Shown piece by piece: positions 36,534 to 46,395 of a stretch of 64,000 bases of DNA. The DNA is from an uncultured virus (IMG/VR IMGVR_UViG_3300037067_023910) (Duplodnaviria; Heunggongvirae; Uroviricota; Caudoviricetes): the IMG/VR virus record IMGVR_UViG_3300037067_023910, one strand, 5' to 3'. A program made the translations under genes and the position numbers. The notes beneath the pieces were generated by a model that ran no database searches, was not told the origin of the DNA, and worked only from the letters and a program-made list of their open reading frames with translations. Position 1 is the first letter of the stretch. Each line of letters begins with the position of its first letter.

Positions 36534-36968
36534 CTAATTTGAATCGTTTTCCCACGTCTTATGACCACATTTCGGACAAACCCACGCTTTTAAATTGTGA
36601 AGCAAGTTGCTCTTATCTAAGAGCATTGCCACTTCACAATGCACGTGCTGTGCTGAATCTGTTTTTATCTTCTCAAAAACATGGTTCCATTTTTTGACCT
36701 CAATCTTCCGATCGTGGGCGAACGCCCGGCGGACGACATAATAATTGGCCGATTTTTTGAGATGTTCCGCAGGTTTGAGCAGTTTGGTGGTCGTTTTTGG
36801 AAAGTAATAATGCACACCGCATTTTCCACATTCCAAAAATCGACGCAGTCGTGAGGGCTTAAAATTCATATCGGTATATTCAATCATAACAAAAGTGTGA
36901 TTATTACAATTCGGGCATTTATAAGCAATCATGCCCATGATATAGGGAGGTTTTTTGTGTTTTGGCAT
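36534..36968 (-). CDS. Zn-ribbon protein
   Basis: CPNC, CGKC, CPKC. Confidence 0.65.
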   Translation of the reverse strand: MPKHKKPPYIMGMIAYKCPNCNNHTFVMIEYTDMNFKPSRLRRFLECGKCGVHYYFPKTTTKLLKPAEHLKKSANYYVVRRAFAHDRKIEVKKWNHVFEKIKTDSAQHVHCEVAMLLDKSNLLHNLKAWVCPKCGHKTWENDSN

Positions 36969-37007
36969 ACTTTAATCATTCCTTAATGATAGTCTTTTCA
37001 CTACATA

Positions 37008-37397
37008 TTATATGGTAATATGTGGTGAATATTTTGTGGCATTTTCGTCTTGTCGCTCTTGGATCCCCCACCATGTGACGTCACCGAATAGTTGGACGCC
37101 CAGTTTGGGAGGGAGTGATTCTATCATTGCGGTATACTGGGCTTTAACCCATTCCCTACGAGTACGTTTATTACGTATATAACAACAATCTCGGTCACAA
37201 AAGTTACAATAATAGATCCGATCCAGGTCGGTATACTCATGGAGTTCGTAGTCATATATGGCCCACAAATCGCTTAAGGTCGCATAGAGTGGTTGATTTT
37301 CATAGCGGTGAGACCCCGCGGTCTCATATTGACGTTTCCATTTTTCTTCTTTCTTTTTGCGTTTCTTTTGTTGCCAGTTTCGATACCAGTTTACCAT
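37008..37397 (-). CDS. Hypothetical basic protein
   Basis: 129-aa ORF, CNFC. Confidence 0.55.
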   Translation of the reverse strand: MVNWYRNWQQKKRKKKEEKWKRQYETAGSHRYENQPLYATLSDLWAIYDYELHEYTDLDRIYYCNFCDRDCCYIRNKRTRREWVKAQYTAMIESLPPKLGVQLFGDVTWWGIQERQDENATKYSPHITI

Positions 37398-37405
37398 TTT
37401 TCATT

Positions 37406-37831
37406 TCACTTCTTGAGAGTTGTTTTCTCTATTTTTTTTAATTCGGTCTTATCCTTGACAATTTGGGCCGTCAATGCTTCAATTTCTTGTTGTATCTCTT
37501 CTACGACCCCTTCGTCCTTCATATTTAGTTGATTGAGCCACTTTGTATGGAGGGTGTTTTGTTGGACAAGAAAAAGACGGCGTAATTCCTTTGCGGATTG
37601 AGTTGTATATAGGTCTAAATGGAGAAGCATTTCGGTCACATTATCGGTTGCATATCCATCAAGTAGACAGATGAATTCGGTGATTGAATACCCATAAGTC
37701 TTGCGGCCATCCGGGAGAATGGGTGAAGGGTGTTGGGGACAATAAATTCCAGGGTTTACCCCTTGAAAATGCACCTCAATATAGGTCTGAATCAACGTTT
37801 TTAATTTCCATTTTTTAAACCAGTATAGCAT
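37406..37831 (-). CDS. Hypothetical protein with C-terminal coiled coil
   Basis: 141-aa ORF. Confidence 0.6.
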   Translation of the reverse strand: MLYWFKKWKLKTLIQTYIEVHFQGVNPGIYCPQHPSPILPDGRKTYGYSITEFICLLDGYATDNVTEMLLHLDLYTTQSAKELRRLFLVQQNTLHTKWLNQLNMKDEGVVEEIQQEIEALTAQIVKDKTELKKIEKTTLKK

Positions 37832-37858
37832 CTATTCTATCCCTTCCTGAAAGTTGTC

Positions 37859-38509
37859 TTAACAAATAAAATCGTGATTATTATCGATAAAATAAAAAAG
37901 AGTCTGCGAGATATTGGCCAACGGGAACGCATTATCCCCGACATTTATTTGTTTGACAAGATGCTTTTGTTTGATAAGATACTTGGGGTTGGGGTCAGCA
38001 TTCGTCCATGGTCGAATAAAGAACTTATAAAAATATTGGTGCCCCTTTTCACTTAAAAACAGCTTATCAAAATCATATTCCAAAGTCTCAAAAAAATATT
38101 GGACCGAGACATCTGCATGTTGAGAAGGGTGATTTTCTAACCGCAAAATTCCTTCGACGTGATATTCTTCGTCTAAAAGAAAGGTCTGCTCAAAATTTGC
38201 TTCAATCGTGATATTTTGTGGAAGATCGGCCAAGCACATGGTCAATATGGTTGTGGAAATTAGGTGCTTTTCCACAGGGCGGATTGGGGCCCCTTTCCAT
38301 AGGGTAAAGTTCTGAAGTGCAAAATTGGCGATAATGTCTGGGTGGGAGGTTTTGATTTTGGTTAAAAGAGAAGTAAAAAGGCCCACCTTTCTCTCATTTC
38401 GTTTACTTGGTGACCCCCAAGATTGTATTCCATAAAAGATCCCCATAAACTTCACTCTCTGAATGCTTTCATTTTTATTTCCTTTAATTGAGTTAACATC
38501 TTTTGCCAA
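37859..38509 (-). CDS. Hypothetical protein (true start probably near 38455)
   Basis: About 200-aa ORF, GTGA overlap with the upstream gene. Confidence 0.6.
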   Translation of the reverse strand: MAKDVNSIKGNKNESIQRVKFMGIFYGIQSWGSPSKRNERKVGLFTSLLTKIKTSHPDIIANFALQNFTLWKGAPIRPVEKHLISTTILTMCLADLPQNITIEANFEQTFLLDEEYHVEGILRLENHPSQHADVSVQYFFETLEYDFDKLFLSEKGHQYFYKFFIRPWTNADPNPKYLIKQKHLVKQINVGDNAFPLANISQTLFYFIDNNHDFIC

Positions 38510-39406
38510 GATTCTATTGTTAAAGAAGGAGCATCGAGATTACGGGTAATTATGTCTTCTAAATGGGCAATTTGCTTATCTAATCTCTTCCACTCCGATT
38601 CATTCTTTAATTTATTCATTTTCCCCATATTTAGCTCACCATTCTTGATTATTTCCCAATATGGCCATTTTCTTTTACATCTCTTACAGTAATGGTCAAA
38701 GTCTGACCATCTATTTAGCCAAATTAAAGGTTTCAGGCAAATTGGACATAGTCCATCTCTTCGGAATAAGAAAAAGAGTATTTCCTTCAATTGCTCTATT
38801 ATTTTCATATTTTCCCTTCTTTTTCAACAAGTTGCTTGGAAATAATGGGATACCCTTTCGCATCGAATTCAACCCAATGAGGGTTCTCTGGGAGGTTATA
38901 AACTTTCGTCTGGTCTGTAAAAGTCAAGTCTAAGGTCGGAATATCATTATCATCTGTGTGGAGAGCCCATGTTTTAATTGTTTTACCAATTAACTGATTA
39001 TATTGATTACAGGGGTCATTATGGACAATCGGTTTTTGGGCCGGTTCATTTGGTTTCATTTTTTCTGGGGCCATTAAACATCAACCTTTTGCGGGAAATT
39101 TAAATCTCGGTGAAAAAAATAATCGTCCAATGCATCTTTGAGAGATTCAATAACTCTCTTTGTCGTAGGGTTGACCTGATAAAAGCCTTGATGACGAAAA
39201 TAAATGGAGTCTATCCGGGCCAACCGCCTTTTTAGGACTCTTAAATTTTCACTGGGCGTCAAGTGTCGAAACTGTCTACATGAATATTTACGGGCCCGTT
39301 CTGGGAAAGCGACATTGGTATTACACCCTCCCGAAGGTTGCTTATCTTCATCTAACGCCCAATAATCAAAGAACCAACATTTTTGACAGAGGGAGGGCAT
39401 AAAAAA

Positions 39407-39898
39407 TTAAGCCCCCTTTTTGGGGTTCCACCTACGATCATCAGGAACAATCCCCCTATTCAATAGATCGACTGCGTGTGGTAGGTCTTTTTTAGTAAGT
39501 ATCGCTCCGCAAATTGGACAAATCTGCTTCTTTTCAAAATCATAAACAGATTCTTCTTTACTATTCATTACTGAGAACGAACATGACTCACAATCAAAAG
39601 CATTCCGAAACATATCAACGGTAAATTGTGGATTTTTCGGGGGTCCATGGTATTGATGCCCGGCTCTTTCCCATTCTGCCGTTTTTTGGACTAAGGGGTC
39701 TTCACCAGGGTCAATTGTTATATACAAACACCGGGCCCCATTCCAAGAACTTTTGCCAACCCGGTATTGTATTCCACACTGGGGGCAAGTCCATTTTATG
39801 CTCCATGTGTTTCCCATATATTCTTTCGTCAGTTCGCCTTCGGCAGAACAGAAGAAACATTTCGGTTTTACTTCAACATCTTTAAATATATTGCTCAT
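39407..39898 (-). CDS. Double Zn-ribbon protein
   Basis: CFFC, CPQC, CESC, CPIC. Confidence 0.65.
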   Translation of the reverse strand: MSNIFKDVEVKPKCFFCSAEGELTKEYMGNTWSIKWTCPQCGIQYRVGKSSWNGARCLYITIDPGEDPLVQKTAEWERAGHQYHGPPKNPQFTVDMFRNAFDCESCSFSVMNSKEESVYDFEKKQICPICGAILTKKDLPHAVDLLNRGIVPDDRRWNPKKGA

Positions 39899-40119
39899 CT
39901 TTTTTCCATCCTTTTTTCATCTATTTCTTTTTGGCTTTTTAAACGCCCTTCACTAAGGAGTTGTTTCAAATAACATAATTCCATCATTCGCCCCTTACGG
40001 CGTTGGCGGAAATAATTTCGGTCTTTAAGGGGGTAATGTATAACATCAATTTTAGCGACGGCTTGGAGCCGGGTGTCCAGAAAGGCCAAGATCTCTTCTT
40101 TTGTATATAAGGTCATAAC

Positions 40120-40593
40120 CTATTCTTCCCCCTTCAGTCGCAATTCTTTTCGCACGTCCATGAGGATTCGCCCCAACATATTTTTCCCATTCCCTTTCTT
40201 TCCCAGACCCCAAAAGGAGTCCATCTTGGAGTTTTCGACTAACAATGCCTCATGAGTGTCTAAAAGTTTGTGTAGTAAGTCGCCGTGTTGTTGAAATTTC
40301 GCGGTGACCACCGCCTTCATACGGTCAACTTTCATGGCAGCCCACCCGGGCACAATGTCCCAAGCAAAGATGTTGTGGGCTAAGACAGCTATCAAGTGAG
40401 GTTTGGGGGCGGTCATGGCCCACTCAGCAACCGCTTTGTCTACAAATTTGCCATATTGATAAGCATGTTCTCCGGTCGGAAAGACTCGTCCTTCAAACTC
40501 GACGGGGGCTGGGAATAACATACTTAAAAATCCAAAGTCTCCGGTGGCCCGATAGAAATAAATAACGTTATTGGGCATTAACAATCTTTTCAT
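40120..40593 (-). CDS. NADAR (YbiA-like) family protein
   Basis: IYFY..FGFLS..FPTGEHAYQ..KF..AKFQQH..L..T..LVENS..DSFWG..GKNMLGRILMDVR. Confidence 0.92.
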   Translation of the reverse strand: MKRLLMPNNVIYFYRATGDFGFLSMLFPAPVEFEGRVFPTGEHAYQYGKFVDKAVAEWAMTAPKPHLIAVLAHNIFAWDIVPGWAAMKVDRMKAVVTAKFQQHGDLLHKLLDTHEALLVENSKMDSFWGLGKKGNGKNMLGRILMDVRKELRLKGEE

Positions 40594-41215
40594 CTCCTGG
40601 CTTGGTCTTCATTTTGGCGATAAACGTAGGCTCGTCAACTCGAATAGGTTCATATAAATAAGGGTTTCTTATAGTCTTCTCTGGGGTATTGGGCCATTGA
40701 TTATGGAGTTGGGAAAGATAATATTGGAATCGTTCGGAGATGGGATAAAATACAATCAAATGACAGAATGCATATCGTTGCAAGATGGCCCCAATGTCCT
40801 TACGACGTTTCGCCCATTTGGTTTTAATGATCTTCTGATCAGCAATTGCAAAGATATAATAGCCTTGGCGGTGATGGTGGTCAGCAATCGTGTATCCGAA
40901 GTCATAATTAAGTAATAAAGAAAGATTCAAACCTGGTTTCCATGAGAGAAATTGATAGATCTCATCGGCTAAGACTAATTGATGGTGGGCTTCCAGGTCA
41001 TCCCGATCATAGACATTTTTTATTTCTTTTGTTTTGATCATTTTGCGGATCTCGGCAATTTGTTGCTGATGGAGACCCTGATCACATGGTAATCTATTAT
41101 ATTTACCCTTCCATGAAGATAACTTTACTACTTTTGCATGGTCATCCCTATACCAATAGATATTACAGTTAGGGCATAAATAAACAGTTTTATTATTCAT
41201 CATATCGTTTTTCAC
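40568..41215 (-). CDS. Hypothetical protein
   Basis: 215-aa ORF with CPNC. Confidence 0.6.
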   Translation of the reverse strand: MKNDMMNNKTVYLCPNCNIYWYRDDHAKVVKLSSWKGKYNRLPCDQGLHQQQIAEIRKMIKTKEIKNVYDRDDLEAHHQLVLADEIYQFLSWKPGLNLSLLLNYDFGYTIADHHHRQGYYIFAIADQKIIKTKWAKRRKDIGAILQRYAFCHLIVFYPISERFQYYLSQLHNQWPNTPEKTIRNPYLYEPIRVDEPTFIAKMKTKPGDEKIVNAQ

Positions 41216-41232
41216 CTCGGTTTTATATCGTT

Positions 41233-41961
41233 TTATTTGGCCGGGATATTATAATACGGTCCAAAGACTCGGAGGGCAAACTGACCCTCGGGGGTCATAC
41301 TAATATTCCCATGGCGGGTCTTTTCCACAGCGACAAAGTGCCACCGTTCTAATGGGGTCAAAAAATGGGAATTTAATTTATTGTATAACGCAGAACTACT
41401 ATCGACTTTCCACCCGGAATAGACATCATCTTGATAAAGGTGGGTCATTAAATCTAATAGGTCTTTCTTCTTCATGGTGGTGGTCTGCTGCGTGTGCATC
41501 CAAGTGTCGATCTCGGACAACATTTTAACCAAAGGCACAGGGGGATTTTCGACTTGGACATGGAGAAAGGAAGGTATTTTTTCCTGGGCATACAACTTGG
41601 TGTGAAAATAAAAGGCCGCCATCGTCCCAATGACCCCCAACATGGGCAGCTTGCCATCGCCGAGGTAAAAAAGGAGATATTGGTCAGCCCCGTGTTCGCG
41701 TTGGTAAATAAGGGCAATACACCGGAGGAACGCTTCACAATCGTGAAAATCGACCACATCTTCAAAGAGGTCTTCCTTAGGGTTTTTTAAGGTGGTCTGA
41801 AAATAATCGTGTAATTGAGAATATGCCCCGGGGTCGGTCTCGCCCCCGGTCGCTTTGAGTAAATAGACCCGGTCGGGTTTCATAGAAGGCATTAATTCAA
41901 TAACATTAACCGCAGTCTCGCCCACGGGGATGATATGAATTCGGAGGCCAGACACATTCAA
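41233..41961 (-). CDS. DUF6293/HFX_2341-like regulator (CARF-like Rossmann domain plus winged helix)
   Basis: RIHIIPVG....MKPDRVYLL N-terminus; C-terminal FLTPLERWHFV...ISMTPEG wHTH. Confidence 0.7.
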   Translation of the reverse strand: MNVSGLRIHIIPVGETAVNVIELMPSMKPDRVYLLKATGGETDPGAYSQLHDYFQTTLKNPKEDLFEDVVDFHDCEAFLRCIALIYQREHGADQYLLFYLGDGKLPMLGVIGTMAAFYFHTKLYAQEKIPSFLHVQVENPPVPLVKMLSEIDTWMHTQQTTTMKKKDLLDLMTHLYQDDVYSGWKVDSSSALYNKLNSHFLTPLERWHFVAVEKTRHGNISMTPEGQFALRVFGPYYNIPAK

Positions 41962-42494
41962 TGGCGGTCTCCTCCTGGGGAGATTATTGGAGTTGGGGTC
42001 GGCCAGTCTTTTAGGGGTGAATTCTTAGGCATATATAAGGGGTGGCCCGGTTGGCCGTTTTGAGTGAACCCAAAGACCCATAAGTGGGGGATCAGGTGGT
42101 GTATGTGGGCACCTCGTTCTAAATAGGCCCCATGAATTCCCCAAGCAGCAACGATTCCCGCGGCCCGTTGGGCCATGGTCTGCAAATAATAATCATTGTC
42201 AGGGCCAATCGGGTCTTCCACCGTCTTTAGAATCTGTGGGTGGGGGCTCCGGATTGCAAACAAATTGGTCATAATTAAATGTCCATACCCCCAAGCTTTG
42301 GCAAACCCCACACACCGGCGAATGGTCGGGTCGTCTTTAGATTCATCAGCGGTCGAAGGGTTGAGCCCAATAAACATGACACTCGGGGCGTTTAAATTCC
42401 AGCTCCGGGTCAAGACATACCGAAAAGTGCGGTCGTCAGAAAAGATCGTAGCTAACGGTAATGTTTCCTCGGTAAAAAGTCTCGTTTGTTTCAT
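41958..42494 (-). CDS. DUF1643 family protein
   Basis: RYVLTRSW..MFIGLNPSTAD..DDPTIRRC..NLFA.R..AAWG..P.HPLY; start 42494 by ATGA overlap. Confidence 0.9.
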   Translation of the reverse strand: MKQTRLFTEETLPLATIFSDDRTFRYVLTRSWNLNAPSVMFIGLNPSTADESKDDPTIRRCVGFAKAWGYGHLIMTNLFAIRSPHPQILKTVEDPIGPDNDYYLQTMAQRAAGIVAAWGIHGAYLERGAHIHHLIPHLWVFGFTQNGQPGHPLYMPKNSPLKDWPTPTPIISPGGDRH

Positions 42495-43861
42495 TGTAGA
42501 ACTTCCTTTTTTTCTATACTGGGGATATCTATTTTTGTATTGTTCTGCCATGTGCGTTCCCGGGCGATCTGGTAATAGTCCGGGTTTAGTTCTATCCCCG
42601 CCGCATGGCGTTTCATTTTAAAGGCTTGGAGCATCGTGGTGCCGCTCCCTAAAAACGGGTCAAAGACTATCCCGGGGGTAAATTTCGCCCCACAGCCACA
42701 GTCTGACCAATGGCCCCCGACAATTTCTCGGAGTTCGGTATTGCCGGAATAGGTCGGGTTTTGATAGCCTTCGCGTTTTCCGACCCCTCCGATAGGGGGC
42801 ATCGTCCCCGTTGTTTCCCGTTCAATAATCCAATCCCGGGGTTTGTGGCAATGTTCACAAATATATGCGGGGCACCCGGCGTCAATACACCGCCGGACTA
42901 ATTCTTCCGGAAACACGGCAAAATGTTTCCCGGGAAAACGGGCGGGGTTAATTTCCCAGACAGACCGCATTTGGCGGTTGCGGCCATGGGGGCGTAAATT
43001 TCCCCCGTCTTGGAGGTTGGAAGAGGGACTGAGGTGTTGGTCGTGAATATATATAACCGTTTTCTTCCGGGTGGTCGTTTTTTGGTTACTACCACCGGTC
43101 GGGGGTGATTTGGTGTCTGGGATTAATTGGGTTTGTTTGGGGGGCTTTTTTTGACTATTTCGGTATTTATTGACCGCCCCACCCCACCGGTTGACAGGCC
43201 CAGCGTCTTCTAATTGCAACTTAAAATAATAGTCTGGTTCCTTGGTAAAAAAGAAAATATATTCAAAGTCCGTTGTAAACCGATTTTCGACACTTTCGGG
43301 CATACATTGTTTTTTATACCAAATGATAGTATTTCGCCAAATCCATCCATGGTCGGTCATCGCGACCGCAAACCGAAAGGGGGCACCGACGAGGGATGTC
43401 TTTTTTATATTTGTCGGGGGTTGTTTGTAGAACGGGACGTCTTTGGAATATTGCGACCCTTTTCCCCCGCTCCCCGCATGGGTGTCAGACAAGACGACCC
43501 AACACGACCCAGACTCTTTCAAGAGCCGCTGGACTTGGTCAAAGACCAAGCATAAATTTTCGATGTATTGAGTAATCGACGGTTCATGGCCATTTTCCCC
43601 GTTCCACGCGTGGCAGTGTTCACAAAACCCATTTTGCCAGCTATGGGGACATTCGGGGATCCCGCCCCATATACTCCCCGAAGTTTGGTAGTCTCTTTTG
43701 CCCCAATACGGGGGGCTGGTGATACAAGTATCAATACACGCGTCAGGCCATGTCTTCATAATGTCCAAGTTATGTCCTAAATAAATCTGATCCAGTTGAA
43801 AGGACGGGGGCTCGGGGAGAATTTGGGGTGGAGTGGGAAGGGTGGAAGTCATAAATAACAC
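42491..43861 (-). CDS. Beta-class N4-cytosine/N6-adenine DNA methyltransferase with Zn-ribbon insertions
   Basis: ITSPPYWG, IIWYK, HFAVFPEEL, VFDPFLGSGTT, GIELN. Confidence 0.93.
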   Translation of the reverse strand: MLFMTSTLPTPPQILPEPPSFQLDQIYLGHNLDIMKTWPDACIDTCITSPPYWGKRDYQTSGSIWGGIPECPHSWQNGFCEHCHAWNGENGHEPSITQYIENLCLVFDQVQRLLKESGSCWVVLSDTHAGSGGKGSQYSKDVPFYKQPPTNIKKTSLVGAPFRFAVAMTDHGWIWRNTIIWYKKQCMPESVENRFTTDFEYIFFFTKEPDYYFKLQLEDAGPVNRWGGAVNKYRNSQKKPPKQTQLIPDTKSPPTGGSNQKTTTRKKTVIYIHDQHLSPSSNLQDGGNLRPHGRNRQMRSVWEINPARFPGKHFAVFPEELVRRCIDAGCPAYICEHCHKPRDWIIERETTGTMPPIGGVGKREGYQNPTYSGNTELREIVGGHWSDCGCGAKFTPGIVFDPFLGSGTTMLQAFKMKRHAAGIELNPDYYQIARERTWQNNTKIDIPSIEKKEVLQ

Positions 43862-43941
43862 CTGTGAATGTAAAATAGAATAGTAAAGTAGAATTGAAGG
43901 AAAATGAAAGAAAAAAAGATAATTAAGTTCAAAAAACGGTG

Positions 43942-44235
43942 TTAGTATTCAGTGCTTTCCTTATAGTGACATTTCTCACAAAAAGCGTCATATTTCTGGG
44001 TGTCTTTATTCCAATCCTTCTCAAAACCGTTGGTCTGGCATTGGGGGCATTTTCGGGTCACGTCTTTGATTTGGACGACAATGTTTTCCCGGCGTTTTCC
44101 CTTTTTAGTCGCAAAAAAGATTTGGTATTTGGCGGCACAGTTCTGACACGTAATGTAGACCCAAGAGACTTGGTCGTTGTTAAACAGCGTGTCGACATGA
44201 AACGCAAAACAACCACAGTTACAATTGAAATTCAT
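43942..44235 (-). CDS. Double Zn-ribbon microprotein
   Basis: CNCGC, CQNC, CPQC, CEKC. Confidence 0.6.
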   Translation of the reverse strand: MNFNCNCGCFAFHVDTLFNNDQVSWVYITCQNCAAKYQIFFATKKGKRRENIVVQIKDVTRKCPQCQTNGFEKDWNKDTQKYDAFCEKCHYKESTEY

Positions 44236-44959
44236 GGATTTTTTGCTCCATTATAAGCATTTGGCACTGTTGAAAACACCATATAATCAATGACCGATAT
44301 TCTGCGGTGTCTGGGAGGCGTTCATCGAAGTCTAACAAAAATTCAGTCCCTTTGGTTTTATTTTCACCAAAGACCCCAGTTATTGTTTGGTCTTCGGGAG
44401 GGATGGAAATAATGATGTTAAATTCCCCCCAGTCCCATTCAAGGTCAATGTCCCCATCACGTCCTGGAAAAAGCATTGGTCGACAAATATAGAGGTCAAC
44501 TTTTTCTAAATCGGCCAGAAACCGAAGTAAAAAGACCCGGGCCCGGTCAAAGGTCGTTTTTTGATACGTGGTCGACCCGGGGCCGTTCCATTCAGGTTCC
44601 AGTGCTAAGATCTCTTTTTCTTTGGCTTGGAGCCAATTTAGAAGGTCGGTTATGTCCGTCTTTTTTATCTCCTCTGCCAGGAGACGATCATAACAATTTT
44701 TAAAGTATAGGGCTTGTGTCACCCCCAACAAAAATATTAAGGCGATCGCTATGGCCCAAAAAAACAATTCTATAATCAAGAAGGTTTGATCTAAAGGGTG
44801 ATACATCTTAGGCATTTGGGCATCAATAAAGTTCTTTATGAGAAGAACAAACATTATAAAATCGGCGAGGATAGTAAAGAAGGTCAATGCTTTTAATTTA
44901 GGCGGCATTGTTTTGATAAAATGAATAAATTGTGTAAGTGTTTTTGGCATAATAATCAC
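44219..44959 (-). CDS. Two-TM protein with soluble C-terminal domain
   Basis: Two N-terminal TMs; P..FPG.DGDIDLEW motif. Confidence 0.65.
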   Translation of the reverse strand: MIIMPKTLTQFIHFIKTMPPKLKALTFFTILADFIMFVLLIKNFIDAQMPKMYHPLDQTFLIIELFFWAIAIALIFLLGVTQALYFKNCYDRLLAEEIKKTDITDLLNWLQAKEKEILALEPEWNGPGSTTYQKTTFDRARVFLLRFLADLEKVDLYICRPMLFPGRDGDIDLEWDWGEFNIIISIPPEDQTITGVFGENKTKGTEFLLDFDERLPDTAEYRSLIIWCFQQCQMLIMEQKIHEFQL

Positions 44960-45008
44960 GAATTTTATATCCTTTTGGAAAAAAAACGAACCCTATTATC
45001 CGAATAAA

Positions 45009-45944
45009 TCAATAGGGGAAATATTTATCGTAGAACTCCAACCGGGCCTTCCACGACCGGAGGATCTTCAAGTAATGGTCGGCGTTGACGGACTTGGGTT
45101 TCTGATTTAATAATAATGCCCTGACCCCTTCGTCTAACCCTTGTTCCATCCACCGCGAATTGAGGGCGTCCCGGAACAAATGGGGGTGGGCTTCATTCCG
45201 CCACTTCCGGAGTTGCTTCCGAATGACCCCGGTCGCTAAGGGAAAGAGAAAGTTTTCCTTGGGGCTCAGTTGCTGATATTGCATGACATAGCCTTTCAAG
45301 GTATTTACGAACGACAAGGGGATTGGGTACATATTAGACCCCGTCGTCGCTTTGGTCTGTTTTTCTTGGGTCCAAATAAACCGGTTTTCAAAATCAATCT
45401 TATCAATTTCAATATTGACTACACCCCCGACCCGCATCCCTGTGTAGGCTAAGAGGGCAAAAATGAGGTAATATTGCTCGTTGCGGGTGCGAAAGAAGTT
45501 CAAACAATCGGTGACATCGGCTTTGGAAAAGGGTTCTTCATTCCGCCGGGAACCGGTGTCCCGCATGGGGAGAAAGGCGGGTTCAAACACCACTTCATAA
45601 TTGTATTTGATGGTGTCCCCAACGGCAATGAGGGGCCGGATAATCCAATAAATGAACTGTTTAACGGTGGTGCGGTATTTATTTTTGACCGACAGTTGCC
45701 CTTGGACATGGTCGTTCACATATTGAAAATATTCGCGGAATTGTAACGGGGTCACGTCTAAAATCGAGTGAATGCCTGGGTAATGGGCCACCGACCAGTC
45801 ATAAAAGAACTGGAGTTGAAAGGTCTTCCGGGCCCGGGTGCCGTGATTTTGTTCTGACGAGAGAAAGGTCTTGTAGAGGGCCTGGTCACCGTCAAAAAAG
45901 GGGCGATCATTGGTGTTTCCACCGTCGTTGGTTATTTTGCTCAA
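45009..45944 (-). CDS. int: Tyrosine recombinase/integrase
   Basis: LLAYTGMRVG (R), EK, HPHLFR (HxxR), LLNQ, DHYL (Y). Confidence 0.9.
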   Translation of the reverse strand: MSKITNDGGNTNDRPFFDGDQALYKTFLSSEQNHGTRARKTFQLQFFYDWSVAHYPGIHSILDVTPLQFREYFQYVNDHVQGQLSVKNKYRTTVKQFIYWIIRPLIAVGDTIKYNYEVVFEPAFLPMRDTGSRRNEEPFSKADVTDCLNFFRTRNEQYYLIFALLAYTGMRVGGVVNIEIDKIDFENRFIWTQEKQTKATTGSNMYPIPLSFVNTLKGYVMQYQQLSPKENFLFPLATGVIRKQLRKWRNEAHPHLFRDALNSRWMEQGLDEGVRALLLNQKPKSVNADHYLKILRSWKARLEFYDKYFPY

Positions 45945-46395
45945 TTTTACCCTCTTTTTCCAGTTTTAATAAGATTGGGATGACAATTTCCGCGGCTTGT
46001 TGGACAAATTCAATAATTTGGGTCGTGTATAAGCTACGGGTGCCGAGTTGGTCTAAAATTTTCATTTCGAGGGCCTCATCGGTGATGTTGAGGGCCGCTG
46101 CGTTTTGGACTAACATTTGGCGGTTGATGTCCATGAGGTCACTACGTTTGACCATTAATTCCTGGATATCACGGAGCTCTTGGAGTACCGGGCCCATGTC
46201 GACGTCGAGGGTCTCGGTCTTTTTATGAAAAATATAGTCATTGACTTTGGTGCGGATAAAATCGCACGGGTCCTTATGTTCGGTGTGGGCCGCTTGGGCC
46301 CAGAGGTCAAATTCCGCGGCGGTCAACCGGAGCGAGATGATTTTCGTCCGTTTATCCAATTTGTGTCGTTTCTTGGGCGTTGGGATCTCGGTCAT
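45907..46395 (-). CDS. RHH plus winged-helix DNA-binding protein
   Basis: KIISLRLT...DFIR; C-terminal ILLKLEKEGKI...W; likely start MTEIP at 46395 after GAGGT. Confidence 0.7.
   Translation of the reverse strand: MTEIPTPKKRHKLDKRTKIISLRLTAAEFDLWAQAAHTEHKDPCDFIRTKVNDYIFHKKTETLDVDMGPVLQELRDIQELMVKRSDLMDINRQMLVQNAAALNITDEALEMKILDQLGTRSLYTTQIIEFVQQAAEIVIPILLKLEKEGKIEQNNQRRWKHQ

Noticed and set aside
26306..43861. Complete restriction-modification systems
   Set aside because: No restriction endonuclease is recognisable next to either MTase; the HNH gene is separate
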